From contig PSKW01000012.1 in the NCBI GenBank assembly GCA_040289265.1, positions 11,900-75,899 on the forward strand: a stretch of 64,000 nt of DNA, in the 5' to 3' direction. The translations under genes were made by a program, and so were the position numbers. Of the stretch, positions 29,970 through 38,570 are shown piece by piece. The notes beneath the pieces were generated by a model. The model was given only the letters and a program-made list of their open reading frames with translations. It was not told the DNA's origin and ran no database searches. The DNA is from Gemmataceae bacterium (GTDB taxonomy: Bacteria > Planctomycetota > Planctomycetia > Gemmatales > HRBIN36). How positions within the stretch are numbered: the stretch's first letter is position 1; each line of letters starts with the position of its first letter.

Positions 29970-31346
29970 TCACTCCGGCAATGGCTTGCCGCGCGTCTCG
30001 GGCGCCAGAGGTAACACCAGTAGACCGAGTACAAAAATAGTGCACATGGCCAATCCCGCCGGCCGCATCGGCTCTGTGTAACCGGAAAAGACCACGCTGG
30101 TCAAGTATCCCAGAGTAAATGGGCCGATGGCGGCTACCAAACGGCCCACATTGTAACAGAACGAGGTGCCTGTACTGCGCAGTCGCGTGGGAAAAAGCTC
30201 CGGGAAATAAATGGCATATCCCCCGAAAAGGGCCAGCTGGCAAAAACCCATCAAGGGAATCATCCAGAAAATCTCGTGGAACTGGTCCAAAGAAGAAAAC
30301 ACCAGCGCCGTGCTCAGTAAAGCAGCCACGAAAGCTATGGCGAACGTGGGCCGGCGCCCGAGCCGGTGCGTAACCAGGCTGAAGCTGTAGATGCCGAAAA
30401 AGGCACCCAAATTGAGCATGATCGAGGTGACACCCGCCCAGTAAGTCAGCCGTCCTTCGATTTCGGTCGGGGATAGCCCCGCCTGTTCGAAATGTTTGCG
30501 AAAGACCATGCGCTGCAAGTCAATACTGAAAAAGCCGATGCCCCACAAACCGACGACGCCGCTGAAAGCGAGCACCAAGCCGATGAGCGCACGGGACCGC
30601 CAGCGCGGATCCCCGAACAGCTCGCGCAGGGATCCCAGCTGTGCCGCGGCGGTTGTGCTGGCCACGGCTTGCCAGCGTTCCGGCTCGCGCAATCGCCGAC
30701 GAATGAGCACGGCCAGTAGAGCAGGCGCAATGCCCACGAGAAACATACCCCGCCAGGCACTGCCGACTGCTCCGGACTCTTCGAGATGGCCGAAAACCAT
30801 GCTGATCGCTGCGGCACTGATATTACCCACGGCCGACAGGGCCTGCAAAAGGCCGAGAGCGAAGGGACGGGCCCGATCGGGCATCACCTCTGCCACCAAA
30901 GCCACGCCCACGGCGAATTCACCGCCCACACCCAGACCCGTCAGGAACCGGTACAGGGCAAAATCCCAAAAGCCGACGGACAACGCACTCAGACCCGTGA
31001 AAAGCGAATAAACCAAAATAGTCAGGACCATGACACGGGCGCGGCCGATACGGTCCCCGAGGATGCCGAAGAGCACACCCCCTGCGGCCCAGCCGATCAG
31101 GAAAATGGCCGTCGCCAGGCCTCCGTAATAGGCCACTCGCTCTCTGGCTTCCTGCTCGCTATCCCCTGAACGAACTACCAGTTCGCGCATGGCGGGCACA
31201 CGCGCCAAATTGAAAAGCTGCTGATCCATGGTATCGAACAGCCATCCCAGGGCCGCCACCACCAGCACGAACCAATGATACGAAGTCAGCCCCTGCCACC
31301 AGGGGGCCTCGCTGGTCCATCGGCGCAAATGGCTTTCGTGTCCCAT
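29970..31346 (-). CDS. MFS transporter
   Basis: The 458-aa protein has 12 predicted TM helices. It has the MFS loop motif GILGDRIGRARV and a second-half repeat. Confidence 0.88.
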   Translation of the reverse strand: MGHESHLRRWTSEAPWWQGLTSYHWFVLVVAALGWLFDTMDQQLFNLARVPAMRELVVRSGDSEQEARERVAYYGGLATAIFLIGWAAGGVLFGILGDRIGRARVMVLTILVYSLFTGLSALSVGFWDFALYRFLTGLGVGGEFAVGVALVAEVMPDRARPFALGLLQALSAVGNISAAAISMVFGHLEESGAVGSAWRGMFLVGIAPALLAVLIRRRLREPERWQAVASTTAAAQLGSLRELFGDPRWRSRALIGLVLAFSGVVGLWGIGFFSIDLQRMVFRKHFEQAGLSPTEIEGRLTYWAGVTSIMLNLGAFFGIYSFSLVTHRLGRRPTFAIAFVAALLSTALVFSSLDQFHEIFWMIPLMGFCQLALFGGYAIYFPELFPTRLRSTGTSFCYNVGRLVAAIGPFTLGYLTSVVFSGYTEPMRPAGLAMCTIFVLGLLVLPLAPETRGKPLPE

Positions 31347-31428
31347 AACTTTCCCCGGTCGGGTCGGTCGTCACCTGGTCGGCACTTTCTATGCGGCCCG
31401 TAGCGGCCGAGCGTGCCATTGTAGCCCA

Positions 31429-31436
31429 TGTATAAT
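31429..31436. promoter_or_regulatory. candidate -10 element (TG-TATAAT) in the divergent MFS / proC intergenic region
   Basis: TGTATAAT was read directly from the sequence, about 100 nt upstream of proC. Its reverse complement gives TATTAT for the MFS gene. I saw no convincing -35 element. Confidence 0.25.
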
Positions 31437-31533
31437 AAGAGTTTTCGGGAGAGGCTAGCTCGGTTCGTGCGCTCGGCACAGCGAACGGACTCGTGCACAT
31501 GGCAAAAAGCGCCCGGGGGCAGAGGCATCGGGG

Positions 31534-32358
31534 ATGTCGGAATTACCTCCATTAGGCTTTATCGGCGCCGGCAAAATGGCCACGGCCTTGATTCGCGGGC
31601 TTTTGGACGCCAAGTATGCCGCTGCCGATCACATGATCGCCAGCGACGTGCTGGCGACCGCGCGGGATCGTCTGCACCAAGAGACCGGAGTTCGGGTCAC
31701 GGCAAGCAATGGCGCCGTGCTCGAGCATAGCCGAGTGGTCATCCTGGCGGTCAAGCCGCAAACGGTGCCCCAGGTCTTGGCCGAGATCCGCCCGCTGGTC
31801 CGTGCCGAACATGTGCTGATTTCTGTGGCCGCTGGGGTAACGCTGCGGCAGCTGCAGCAGGGACTGGGAACCGAGGCGCGACTCGTTCGGGTCATGCCCA
31901 ACACGCCTTGTTTAGTCGGTGCCGGAGCTTGCGCGTACAGTCTCGGACCTACGGCGACGGCCCAGGATGGGCAGCTGGTGGAGCGCATCTTCGGTGCCGT
32001 CGGCACTGTGTGCCAACTCGACGAGTGGCTTTTGGATGCGGTCACCGGTCTGAGCGGCAGCGGCCCCGCGTATGTGGCCTTGGTCATCGAAGCCCTGGCG
32101 GACGGAGGCGTGCGCGTCGGACTGCCGCGCGACATCGCCTATCAACTGGCCGTCCAGACCGTACTGGGCGCTGCTAAAATGATTCAACAAACGCACATGA
32201 TGCCAGCTACCCTCAAGGACATGGTGGCCAGTCCGGGGGGGACGACTATAGCCGGACTGCACGCGTTGGAACGCCACGGCGTGCGCGCGGCTTTCATGGA
32301 CGCCGTGCAAGCGGCCACGCAGCGTGCCCAGGAACTGGCCCGCGCACCCGACCATTGA
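31534..32358 (+). CDS. proC: pyrroline-5-carboxylate reductase
   Basis: It has the Rossmann N-terminus [17 protein letters not shown], the segment [14 protein letters not shown] and the [10 protein letters not shown] motif. Confidence 0.9.
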   Translation: MSELPPLGFIGAGKMATALIRGLLDAKYAAADHMIASDVLATARDRLHQETGVRVTASNGAVLEHSRVVILAVKPQTVPQVLAEIRPLVRAEHVLISVAAGVTLRQLQQGLGTEARLVRVMPNTPCLVGAGACAYSLGPTATAQDGQLVERIFGAVGTVCQLDEWLLDAVTGLSGSGPAYVALVIEALADGGVRVGLPRDIAYQLAVQTVLGAAKMIQQTHMMPATLKDMVASPGGTTIAGLHALERHGVRAAFMDAVQAATQRAQELARAPDH

Positions 32359-32378
32359 TCGGTGCCAAGACTGAGCTT

Positions 32379-33932
32379 ATGCCTGGGAACAGTCAACAAG
32401 AACGTATTTTGATCCTCGACTTTGGCTCGCAATACGTGCAGCTGATCGCCCGACGCGTGCGCGAGCAGCATGTCTACTCGCAGATCGTCCGTCACGATGT
32501 GCCTGCCAGTCGCGTGCAGGCGCTGGCGCCTCGGGGCATCATCCTCTCGGGGGGGCCGGCCAGTGTGTACGAGCCGGGTGCGCCGCGTTGCGATCCGGCG
32601 TTGTTGCACCTGGGCATACCTGTTTTGGGTATTTGTTACGGCATGCAGTTGATGTGCCATCTGCTGGGCGGACATGTACGCTCGGCCTGCCAGCGCGAGT
32701 TCGGCCCGGCGGTGTTGCGCGTGGTACGCAGCGACACGTTGCTCGCCGGCCTGCCTGCTGAATCCACGGTATGGATGAGCCACGGCGACCAAGTCGAGAT
32801 CGCCGGATCGCCTTTCCTCGTCCTGGCGGAAACCGATACGTGTCCCGTGGCCGTAGTGCGGCACGAGGAGCAGCCTCTCTTCGGTGTCCAGTTCCACCCG
32901 GAAGTCGGCCATACGGCCTACGGGGAGCAGATCCTGCGCAATTTCTTGTACGGCATTTGCCAGTGCCAGGGACGCTGGCAGATGGGCTCTTTCATCGAAG
33001 AAACCGTCGAGCAGCTGCGCCAGCGCATCGGAGCGCACCGAGTCATTTGTGGACTGTCCGGGGGGATAGATTCATCGGTCACGGCGGCTTTGCTTCTGCG
33101 CGCGGTCGGACCTCAAGTAGCCTGTATTTTTGTGGACAACGGCTTACTGCGGCACGGCGAAGCCGAGGCCGTCGAAGGTACGTTTCGTCAACATTTTCAT
33201 GCCGATTTGCATATCGTGGACGCGCGCGAGCGTTTTTTGAAAGCCCTCGAGGGCGTAGCCGATCCTCAGGAAAAGCGCCGTCGTATCGGACATGTGTTCA
33301 TCGAAGTGTTCAAAGAAGAGGCGCGCCGGATTCGCGGTGCCCGCTTTTTGGCTCAGGGGACGCTCTACCCGGATGTCATCGAAAGCGGTGCTGCGGCCGA
33401 TGGTCCCGCCGCCACGATCAAAACGCACCACAACGTCGGGGGGTTGCCCGAAGAACTGGGCTTCGAACTGATCGAGCCGTTGCGCGATCTGTTCAAAGAC
33501 GAAGTGCGGCGCATCGGGCAAGCTCTGGGACTGCCGGAAGCGCTGGTCTGGCGTCATCCTTTCCCTGGGCCGGGCCTGGCCGTGCGCTGCCTCGGTCCGG
33601 TGACTCGCGAGCGTCTGGATATTTTGCGGCATGCCGACGCCATTGTGCAAGAGGAGTTGCAGCGGACCGGATGGTATCGGCAAACGGCCCAGGCCTTTGC
33701 CGTCCTGTTGCCGGTGCAGACGGTTGGTGTCATGGGCGACGGACGCACCTACGAGTTCGTCGTAGCCCTGCGCGCTGTGCAGACCGAAGATTTCATGACT
33801 GCCGATTGGGTCCGGCTGCCGTACGATTTGCTGGCCCGTCTGTCCAGCCGCATCATCAACGAGGTGCGCGGTGTCAATCGCGTGGTCTACGACATCAGCA
33901 GCAAACCGCCGGCAACCATCGAGTGGGAATGA
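32379..33932 (+). CDS. guaA: GMP synthase (glutamine-hydrolysing)
   Basis: This is ORF 32355..33932; the ATG is at 32379. The GATase domain has [27 protein letters not shown] and QFHPE. The ATP-PPase P-loop is [10 protein letters not shown], and the tail reads PPATIEWE. Confidence 0.95.
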   Translation: MPGNSQQERILILDFGSQYVQLIARRVREQHVYSQIVRHDVPASRVQALAPRGIILSGGPASVYEPGAPRCDPALLHLGIPVLGICYGMQLMCHLLGGHVRSACQREFGPAVLRVVRSDTLLAGLPAESTVWMSHGDQVEIAGSPFLVLAETDTCPVAVVRHEEQPLFGVQFHPEVGHTAYGEQILRNFLYGICQCQGRWQMGSFIEETVEQLRQRIGAHRVICGLSGGIDSSVTAALLLRAVGPQVACIFVDNGLLRHGEAEAVEGTFRQHFHADLHIVDARERFLKALEGVADPQEKRRRIGHVFIEVFKEEARRIRGARFLAQGTLYPDVIESGAAADGPAATIKTHHNVGGLPEELGFELIEPLRDLFKDEVRRIGQALGLPEALVWRHPFPGPGLAVRCLGPVTRERLDILRHADAIVQEELQRTGWYRQTAQAFAVLLPVQTVGVMGDGRTYEFVVALRAVQTEDFMTADWVRLPYDLLARLSSRIINEVRGVNRVVYDISSKPPATIEWE

Positions 33933-34058
33933 GCTGGTGGCGGATCTGCCTGGTCCGTCCCAGTGCCTCGGTCTGCCGGTCCGCTCCCTCGGTCGAGATG
34001 GGACCGAAAGCGGTTTTTCTCCGCCGAGTAGAGCGCGTGCCGAAGGGGAGTGAGCGCC

Positions 34059-35111
34059 ATGGGAACTACCTGGAGATTCGGCATCGTCGGCTGCGGCATG
34101 ATCGCCGGCTTCCATGCGCGAGCGATCGGCGAGCTTGCCAACGCGCGCTTGGTGGCGCTCTGCAGCCGGCAGCGAGCCAATGCAGAGCGTGTCGCCCGCG
34201 AGGTAGCCCATCCTGTGGCGCTGTATACCGATCTAGACGCGCTGCTGCGTCACCCCGGGCTGGACATCGTTTGCGTGTGCACTCCCAGCGGAGCCCATTT
34301 GCCGCCTGCCGTGGCTGCGGCACGCGCCGGCAAACACGTGGTCGTAGAAAAACCCTTGGAAATCACCCTCGAACGCTGCGACCAAATCATCGAGGCTTGC
34401 GATCGTGCCGGCGTGCAGCTGTGCACTGTTTTCCCCTCGCGTTTTGCCGATGCCAACCGCTTGCTCAAGCAAGCTATTGACGCCGGTCGTTTCGGCCGTC
34501 TGACTTTGGCAGAAACGACGTGCAAATGGTGGCGTCCGCAGTCTTACTACGATCAAGGGGGATGGAAAGGCACACGCGCGCTCGACGGCGGCGGTGCCTT
34601 GATGAACCAGGCGATCCACAACGTGGATTTGTTGCTCTGGACCATGGGGCCGGTGCGCGAAGTCGCTGCCTGGACCGATACCTTGGCCCACGAACGCATC
34701 GAGGTGGAGGACACTGCCGTGGCTGCCTTGCGCTTCGCCAACGGGGCCTTGGGCGTCATCCTGGCGGCCACCAGTGTCTGGCCAGGATTCCCCAAAACCA
34801 TCGCCGTGTACGGAGACCGCGGCAGTGTGGTCGTCGAGCAGGAAGATATCCTGGTCTGGCGCTTCCAAGCGGAAACGGACGAGGATCAGCGCATTCGCGA
34901 ACGCTTTGCTCAGCGGGTCGGCGCTTCCGGGGGCGCTTCCAATCCGGCCGCCATTTCGCACGAGTATCATCGTCGGCAACTGGCCGATTTCTTGACAGCG
35001 CTCGAAAAAGGCCAGCCCCCCCTGGTGGACGGGCGCGAAGGCCGCAAGGCCGTGGAACTGATCCTGGCCATGTACCGCTCCGCCCAGTCGCGCCAGGTGG
35101 TGACGCTGTGA
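34059..35111 (+). CDS. Gfo/Idh/MocA family oxidoreductase
   Basis: The ATG at 34059 has AAGGGGAG upstream. It has the N-terminal Rossmann WRFGIVGCGMIAGFHARAI and the EKPL motif (VVVEKPLEITLE). Confidence 0.88.
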   Translation: MGTTWRFGIVGCGMIAGFHARAIGELANARLVALCSRQRANAERVAREVAHPVALYTDLDALLRHPGLDIVCVCTPSGAHLPPAVAAARAGKHVVVEKPLEITLERCDQIIEACDRAGVQLCTVFPSRFADANRLLKQAIDAGRFGRLTLAETTCKWWRPQSYYDQGGWKGTRALDGGGALMNQAIHNVDLLLWTMGPVREVAAWTDTLAHERIEVEDTAVAALRFANGALGVILAATSVWPGFPKTIAVYGDRGSVVVEQEDILVWRFQAETDEDQRIRERFAQRVGASGGASNPAAISHEYHRRQLADFLTALEKGQPPLVDGREGRKAVELILAMYRSAQSRQVVTL

Positions 35112-35382
35112 TCCCAGCACTGGTTGCGCGACGCTTTTCCCTCGCCCACCTGGCGTCGGTCGTATCTGCATTCGTTCCCTGGGCTTTGCGCCCCGCCGGC
35201 ACCGCCGAACAAGGGTCGGCCTACTGCCCTAGTTCCCCCGCGGCAGTCTGCCAACTGGACGTCGGTCGGGGAGTGGTTCTGGCCTTGGGCCGGCAGCCCA
35301 AATGTGCTATATCTGGCCAGGCTGCCCGCGGGGGCTCCCCGCACTGTCAGGATATGGTAGTCGCTCGGTGGGCGGTAATCGT

Positions 35383-36273
35383 ATGGGACACCGAATCGCT
35401 TCCTGGTTGGTGTACTTGGCCGTAAGACTGGCTGTCAGCCTGGCACAGGCCCTGCCTCCGGATTTGGCCTGGGGCTTAGCACAGGGACTCGGCTGGCTGG
35501 CGTATCGCACAGACCGGCGTCATCGGCGGGTCGCCGAAGACAATCTGCGCCACGCCTTGCACGTGCCCGAGCACGAGCTGCCCGGGCTCATACGCGCCGT
35601 GTATACGCACTTTGCCCTTGTGCTCGTGGAAATGGTCCACCTGTATCGGCGCTTGCATCTGTCCACATGGCATCGTTACATCGAGCTGGAAGACGCCAGG
35701 CGCCTGGTCCAGGAGCTGCTGCAACCAGGGCCGCGGCTGTTGTTGACGGCCCATTTCGGCAACTGGGAGGTGGCTAGCTACGTGCTGGGGCTATTGGGGT
35801 TTCGCTCGTATGCGGTGGCGCGGCCACTCGACAATGTCTACCTCGATCGCTTCCTGCGGCGTTTTCGCGAACGTACAGGCCAGAAACTCTTGGCCAAAAA
35901 GGGAGAGCTGGAGCGGCTGGAGCGGCTGCTCGGTGCCGGAGCGATGGTCTGCATGTTGGCGGACCAAGATGCCGGCTCGCGTGGTCTATATGTGGACTTT
36001 TTCGGACGCCCGGCCTCGACCCACAAATCGCCGGCACTATTGTCCCTGCACACAGGCGCCCGCATCCTAGTCCTCGGTGCCTGGCGTGTCCGTCCCTGGC
36101 GCTTTCGCGTGGCCTTGGTGGATACCATCGTCCCACAGCCCGGCGACACGGCGCGCAGTTTGACCGAGCGTTTCACCCGCGCCTTCGAAAAATTGATTAG
36201 GCGGGATATCACCCAGTATTTCTGGTTGCATCGGCGCTGGAAGCACCAGCCTAAAAGACGCAACGCCGCCTGA
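35383..36273 (+). CDS. lysophospholipid / lipid A (LpxL/HtrB-type) acyltransferase
   Basis: This is ORF 35302..36273 trimmed to the ATG at 35383. It has the catalytic HX4E-type motif LLTAHFGNWEVAS and the family pattern ADQDAG..G..V.FFG. Confidence 0.8.
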   Translation: MGHRIASWLVYLAVRLAVSLAQALPPDLAWGLAQGLGWLAYRTDRRHRRVAEDNLRHALHVPEHELPGLIRAVYTHFALVLVEMVHLYRRLHLSTWHRYIELEDARRLVQELLQPGPRLLLTAHFGNWEVASYVLGLLGFRSYAVARPLDNVYLDRFLRRFRERTGQKLLAKKGELERLERLLGAGAMVCMLADQDAGSRGLYVDFFGRPASTHKSPALLSLHTGARILVLGAWRVRPWRFRVALVDTIVPQPGDTARSLTERFTRAFEKLIRRDITQYFWLHRRWKHQPKRRNAA

Positions 36274-36331
36274 TGGCGACAGAAGACCATCTGTCTGCCG
36301 GCAGGTAAGCGCGCGACGTGCACCCTGCGTC

Positions 36332-36766
36332 ATGGCTGCGCATCGGCCCATAAGCGGAGCGATCATGGTGCCGGATGGCCCGACCGTTATCCTGCTGTTG
36401 AAAATCGTCGTTTCGGCGGCGACTGCGCTTTTTTTGGCCTCTTTGATCCCGCTCGCCTGGGGTAACTACCGGCTGCACGGGCGGGTCAATCTGGTTTTTT
36501 TCGTCCTCACGGTGAGCACCGTGCTGGTCTTCGAGACCCTGCTGCAACTCGGCCTCGACGTGCGCTCTTTTATGACGGAGACAGAGCGGCAGACGCTACA
36601 AATCCATTTGTGCTTCGCCGGCCCCCTGCCCTTGGTCATGGGCCTGATGCTGTACACCGGTTTGCGCCACCTACGCCGGCTGCACCTGATCCTGGCAGCT
36701 CTCTTTGTCGTCCTGTGGGCAGGAACTGTGACTACCGGCGTCTTTTTCTTGCCACATCGGCAGTGA
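36332..36766 (+). CDS. hypothetical 4-TM membrane protein
   Basis: The 144-aa ORF has four hydrophobic helices. Its 3' end overlaps the convergent bpt ORF by about 96 nt. I recognised no family. Confidence 0.5.
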   Translation: MAAHRPISGAIMVPDGPTVILLLKIVVSAATALFLASLIPLAWGNYRLHGRVNLVFFVLTVSTVLVFETLLQLGLDVRSFMTETERQTLQIHLCFAGPLPLVMGLMLYTGLRHLRRLHLILAALFVVLWAGTVTTGVFFLPHRQ

Positions 36767-37519
36767 AAGCGGCGGGCTGTCCGCTACCCGTCGGGTGCGA
36801 AACATCCGCCAGGCACCGTCGGGGTAAAGGATTTCATTGGGACAAAAATTCGCTTTGTATGCCAGCGACTTGCAGCCGGCGACATAATAACCCAGGTAGA
36901 CATAGGGGATTTCGGCTTGTGCAGCGTAGGCGATCATCTGCAAAATGTTGAAAGTGCCCAAACCCAGACGCCGCATGTCCGGGTCGTAAAAGAAATAGAT
37001 GGCCGACAGTGCCTGAGGCAGCCGATCTACATAGCCCACCCCGACCAGTCGCTGCCCGAGATAATAACACCATTCCTGAGTGGGGAACGGGTTGCGCACG
37101 AAAGTATTGACGTAAGCGGCGGCATCTCCTGCCGGCTGGGGCATCCAGCCGCGCGTTTCGCTGCGGAACGAGTGGTGCCGGTCGTATAGGTCGAGCTTTT
37201 CCCGAGTGAGGGAGGGAACACCGATCTCTACTCGCACCTTGCCGGCGTTAGCGCGCCAAGTGCGTCGTTGACTGCGGTCGGGCTGGAATTCGCGCACGCG
37301 CACCCGCAACGACTGGCATGCCCAGCAACCCGGGCAATTGGGACGGAATACCACCCGGCCAAAGCGGCGCCAGCCCTCGCGCAGCAGCACTTCGTATTCT
37401 GCCGGCTGCAACTCGAGCACATAGTCGTAGAGCATCCGGCTGGCACGCTGCGGCAGATAAGCACATGTCTCCAATGGTGACTGAATACGCACCCCTGATC
37501 GCATGCCGTGACCTCGCAC
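36671..37519 (-). CDS. bpt: arginyltransferase-family protein (bacterial Bpt, Asp/Glu leucyltransferase type)
   Basis: The ATE N-domain cysteines occur in CAYLP..RPNCPGCWACQSLR. The C-domain has EWCYYLGQRLVGVGYVD and SAIYFFYDPD..LGLGTFNIL, then YVYLGYYV..C.SLAYK. Confidence 0.85.
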   Translation of the reverse strand: MRGHGMRSGVRIQSPLETCAYLPQRASRMLYDYVLELQPAEYEVLLREGWRRFGRVVFRPNCPGCWACQSLRVRVREFQPDRSQRRTWRANAGKVRVEIGVPSLTREKLDLYDRHHSFRSETRGWMPQPAGDAAAYVNTFVRNPFPTQEWCYYLGQRLVGVGYVDRLPQALSAIYFFYDPDMRRLGLGTFNILQMIAYAAQAEIPYVYLGYYVAGCKSLAYKANFCPNEILYPDGAWRMFRTRRVADSPPLSLPMWQEKDAGSHSSCPQDDKESCQDQVQPA

Positions 37520-37693
37520 TGCCTCATTATACTCGCGAGCTGCCAGAAAAGCTCAGGGGCTGCTGGACTGTCCTCCGGCGTGTCTGTTCGTTGCTCGAGG
37601 ACCGCACGAACCTTTGGCGTCCGCAAGGGCTCCGCGCGCCGGACCAATCCTCGGCGAAAACGGACGGTGCCGGTTGGACACGTTCCTTGTGGG

Positions 37694-38269
37694 TCAATGA
37701 ATCAAGCGTCGGTAGGCGGCACGTGCCGCCGCCGGCTGCTCTTTTTCCCACTCCAACCGCACCCGGTGCAGGCCGAATGCGCATAGTTCGAACTGATCAC
37801 TGAGCCGACGCAATATGCGCGCCTCTTGCCGATAGGGTTCTTCGTCGAAAGTGCTGGCGATGTAGTACGACCGCTTCCCCTGTTCGCAGTAGTCCAGGAA
37901 ATAGTCCTTGCGCATACGCGAACGGATGCGCTCCAAAGCCTCCGGATAAACCCCTGTCCAGAACAAGGTAAAATCGCCGATGTGCCGGTGGAATTCGCGG
38001 CGTGTCCGGCCTGTTTCGGGCAAGCGTTGCGCGGTCAACAACATGTCTGCCACTTCATCGAGTCTGCGGCCCGTCGTGTCGCGCAACCGGTACACTTCGT
38101 CTATGTGAATGAAACGTGTGAGCAAATCGGACAGGTAATCTATCAAGCCGGGATCGCCCAGTCCCAATTCGCTGACAAAGGTCTGTTCGGTGAGCCCTGC
38201 GAAATAGCGCCTCAGGGGATGATCCCGTGGCACCATCCACATAGCCTTTTCGCTCCCTCCTCCTACCAA
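37694..38269 (-). CDS. conserved hypothetical protein
   Basis: The 191-aa ORF has protein-like composition (HRHIGDFTLFWTGVYPE, DYCEQGKRSYYIAS). I recognised no domain, and the start is uncertain. Confidence 0.6.
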   Translation of the reverse strand: MVGGGSEKAMWMVPRDHPLRRYFAGLTEQTFVSELGLGDPGLIDYLSDLLTRFIHIDEVYRLRDTTGRRLDEVADMLLTAQRLPETGRTRREFHRHIGDFTLFWTGVYPEALERIRSRMRKDYFLDYCEQGKRSYYIASTFDEEPYRQEARILRRLSDQFELCAFGLHRVRLEWEKEQPAAARAAYRRLIH

Positions 38270-38570
38270 CGGGCGGCGTGACCGATCGCCTGCTGGCAGC
38301 AGGCAAGCGCCGCTGCTTCGACCGTATCCATGCGTGGTACATTAAGGTTGCGCCTGGGTCTGTCTATGCCAATTATTCACCCCGTGCCGAGCACTGTCAA
38401 ACCAGGCAAGGTGCTCCGCCGCATATCCCAGCCTGCCGATGGGATGACTTTGCCTCCGCGATAATCTGGATAATGCAGAGACTTGGGGCACTATGCGCAG
38501 AGCCAACCATAGTGTGCTCCTCGCACGCATTATCGTAAAGTCCAGGCACGGTCTCCGGCGGCAGTTTGGG

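Noticed and set aside
34002-34018. A possible terminator after guaA (ACCG-AAAG-CGGT followed by TTTT).
   Set aside because: The stem is only 4 bp plus G-U pairs, which is too weak to report as a feature.
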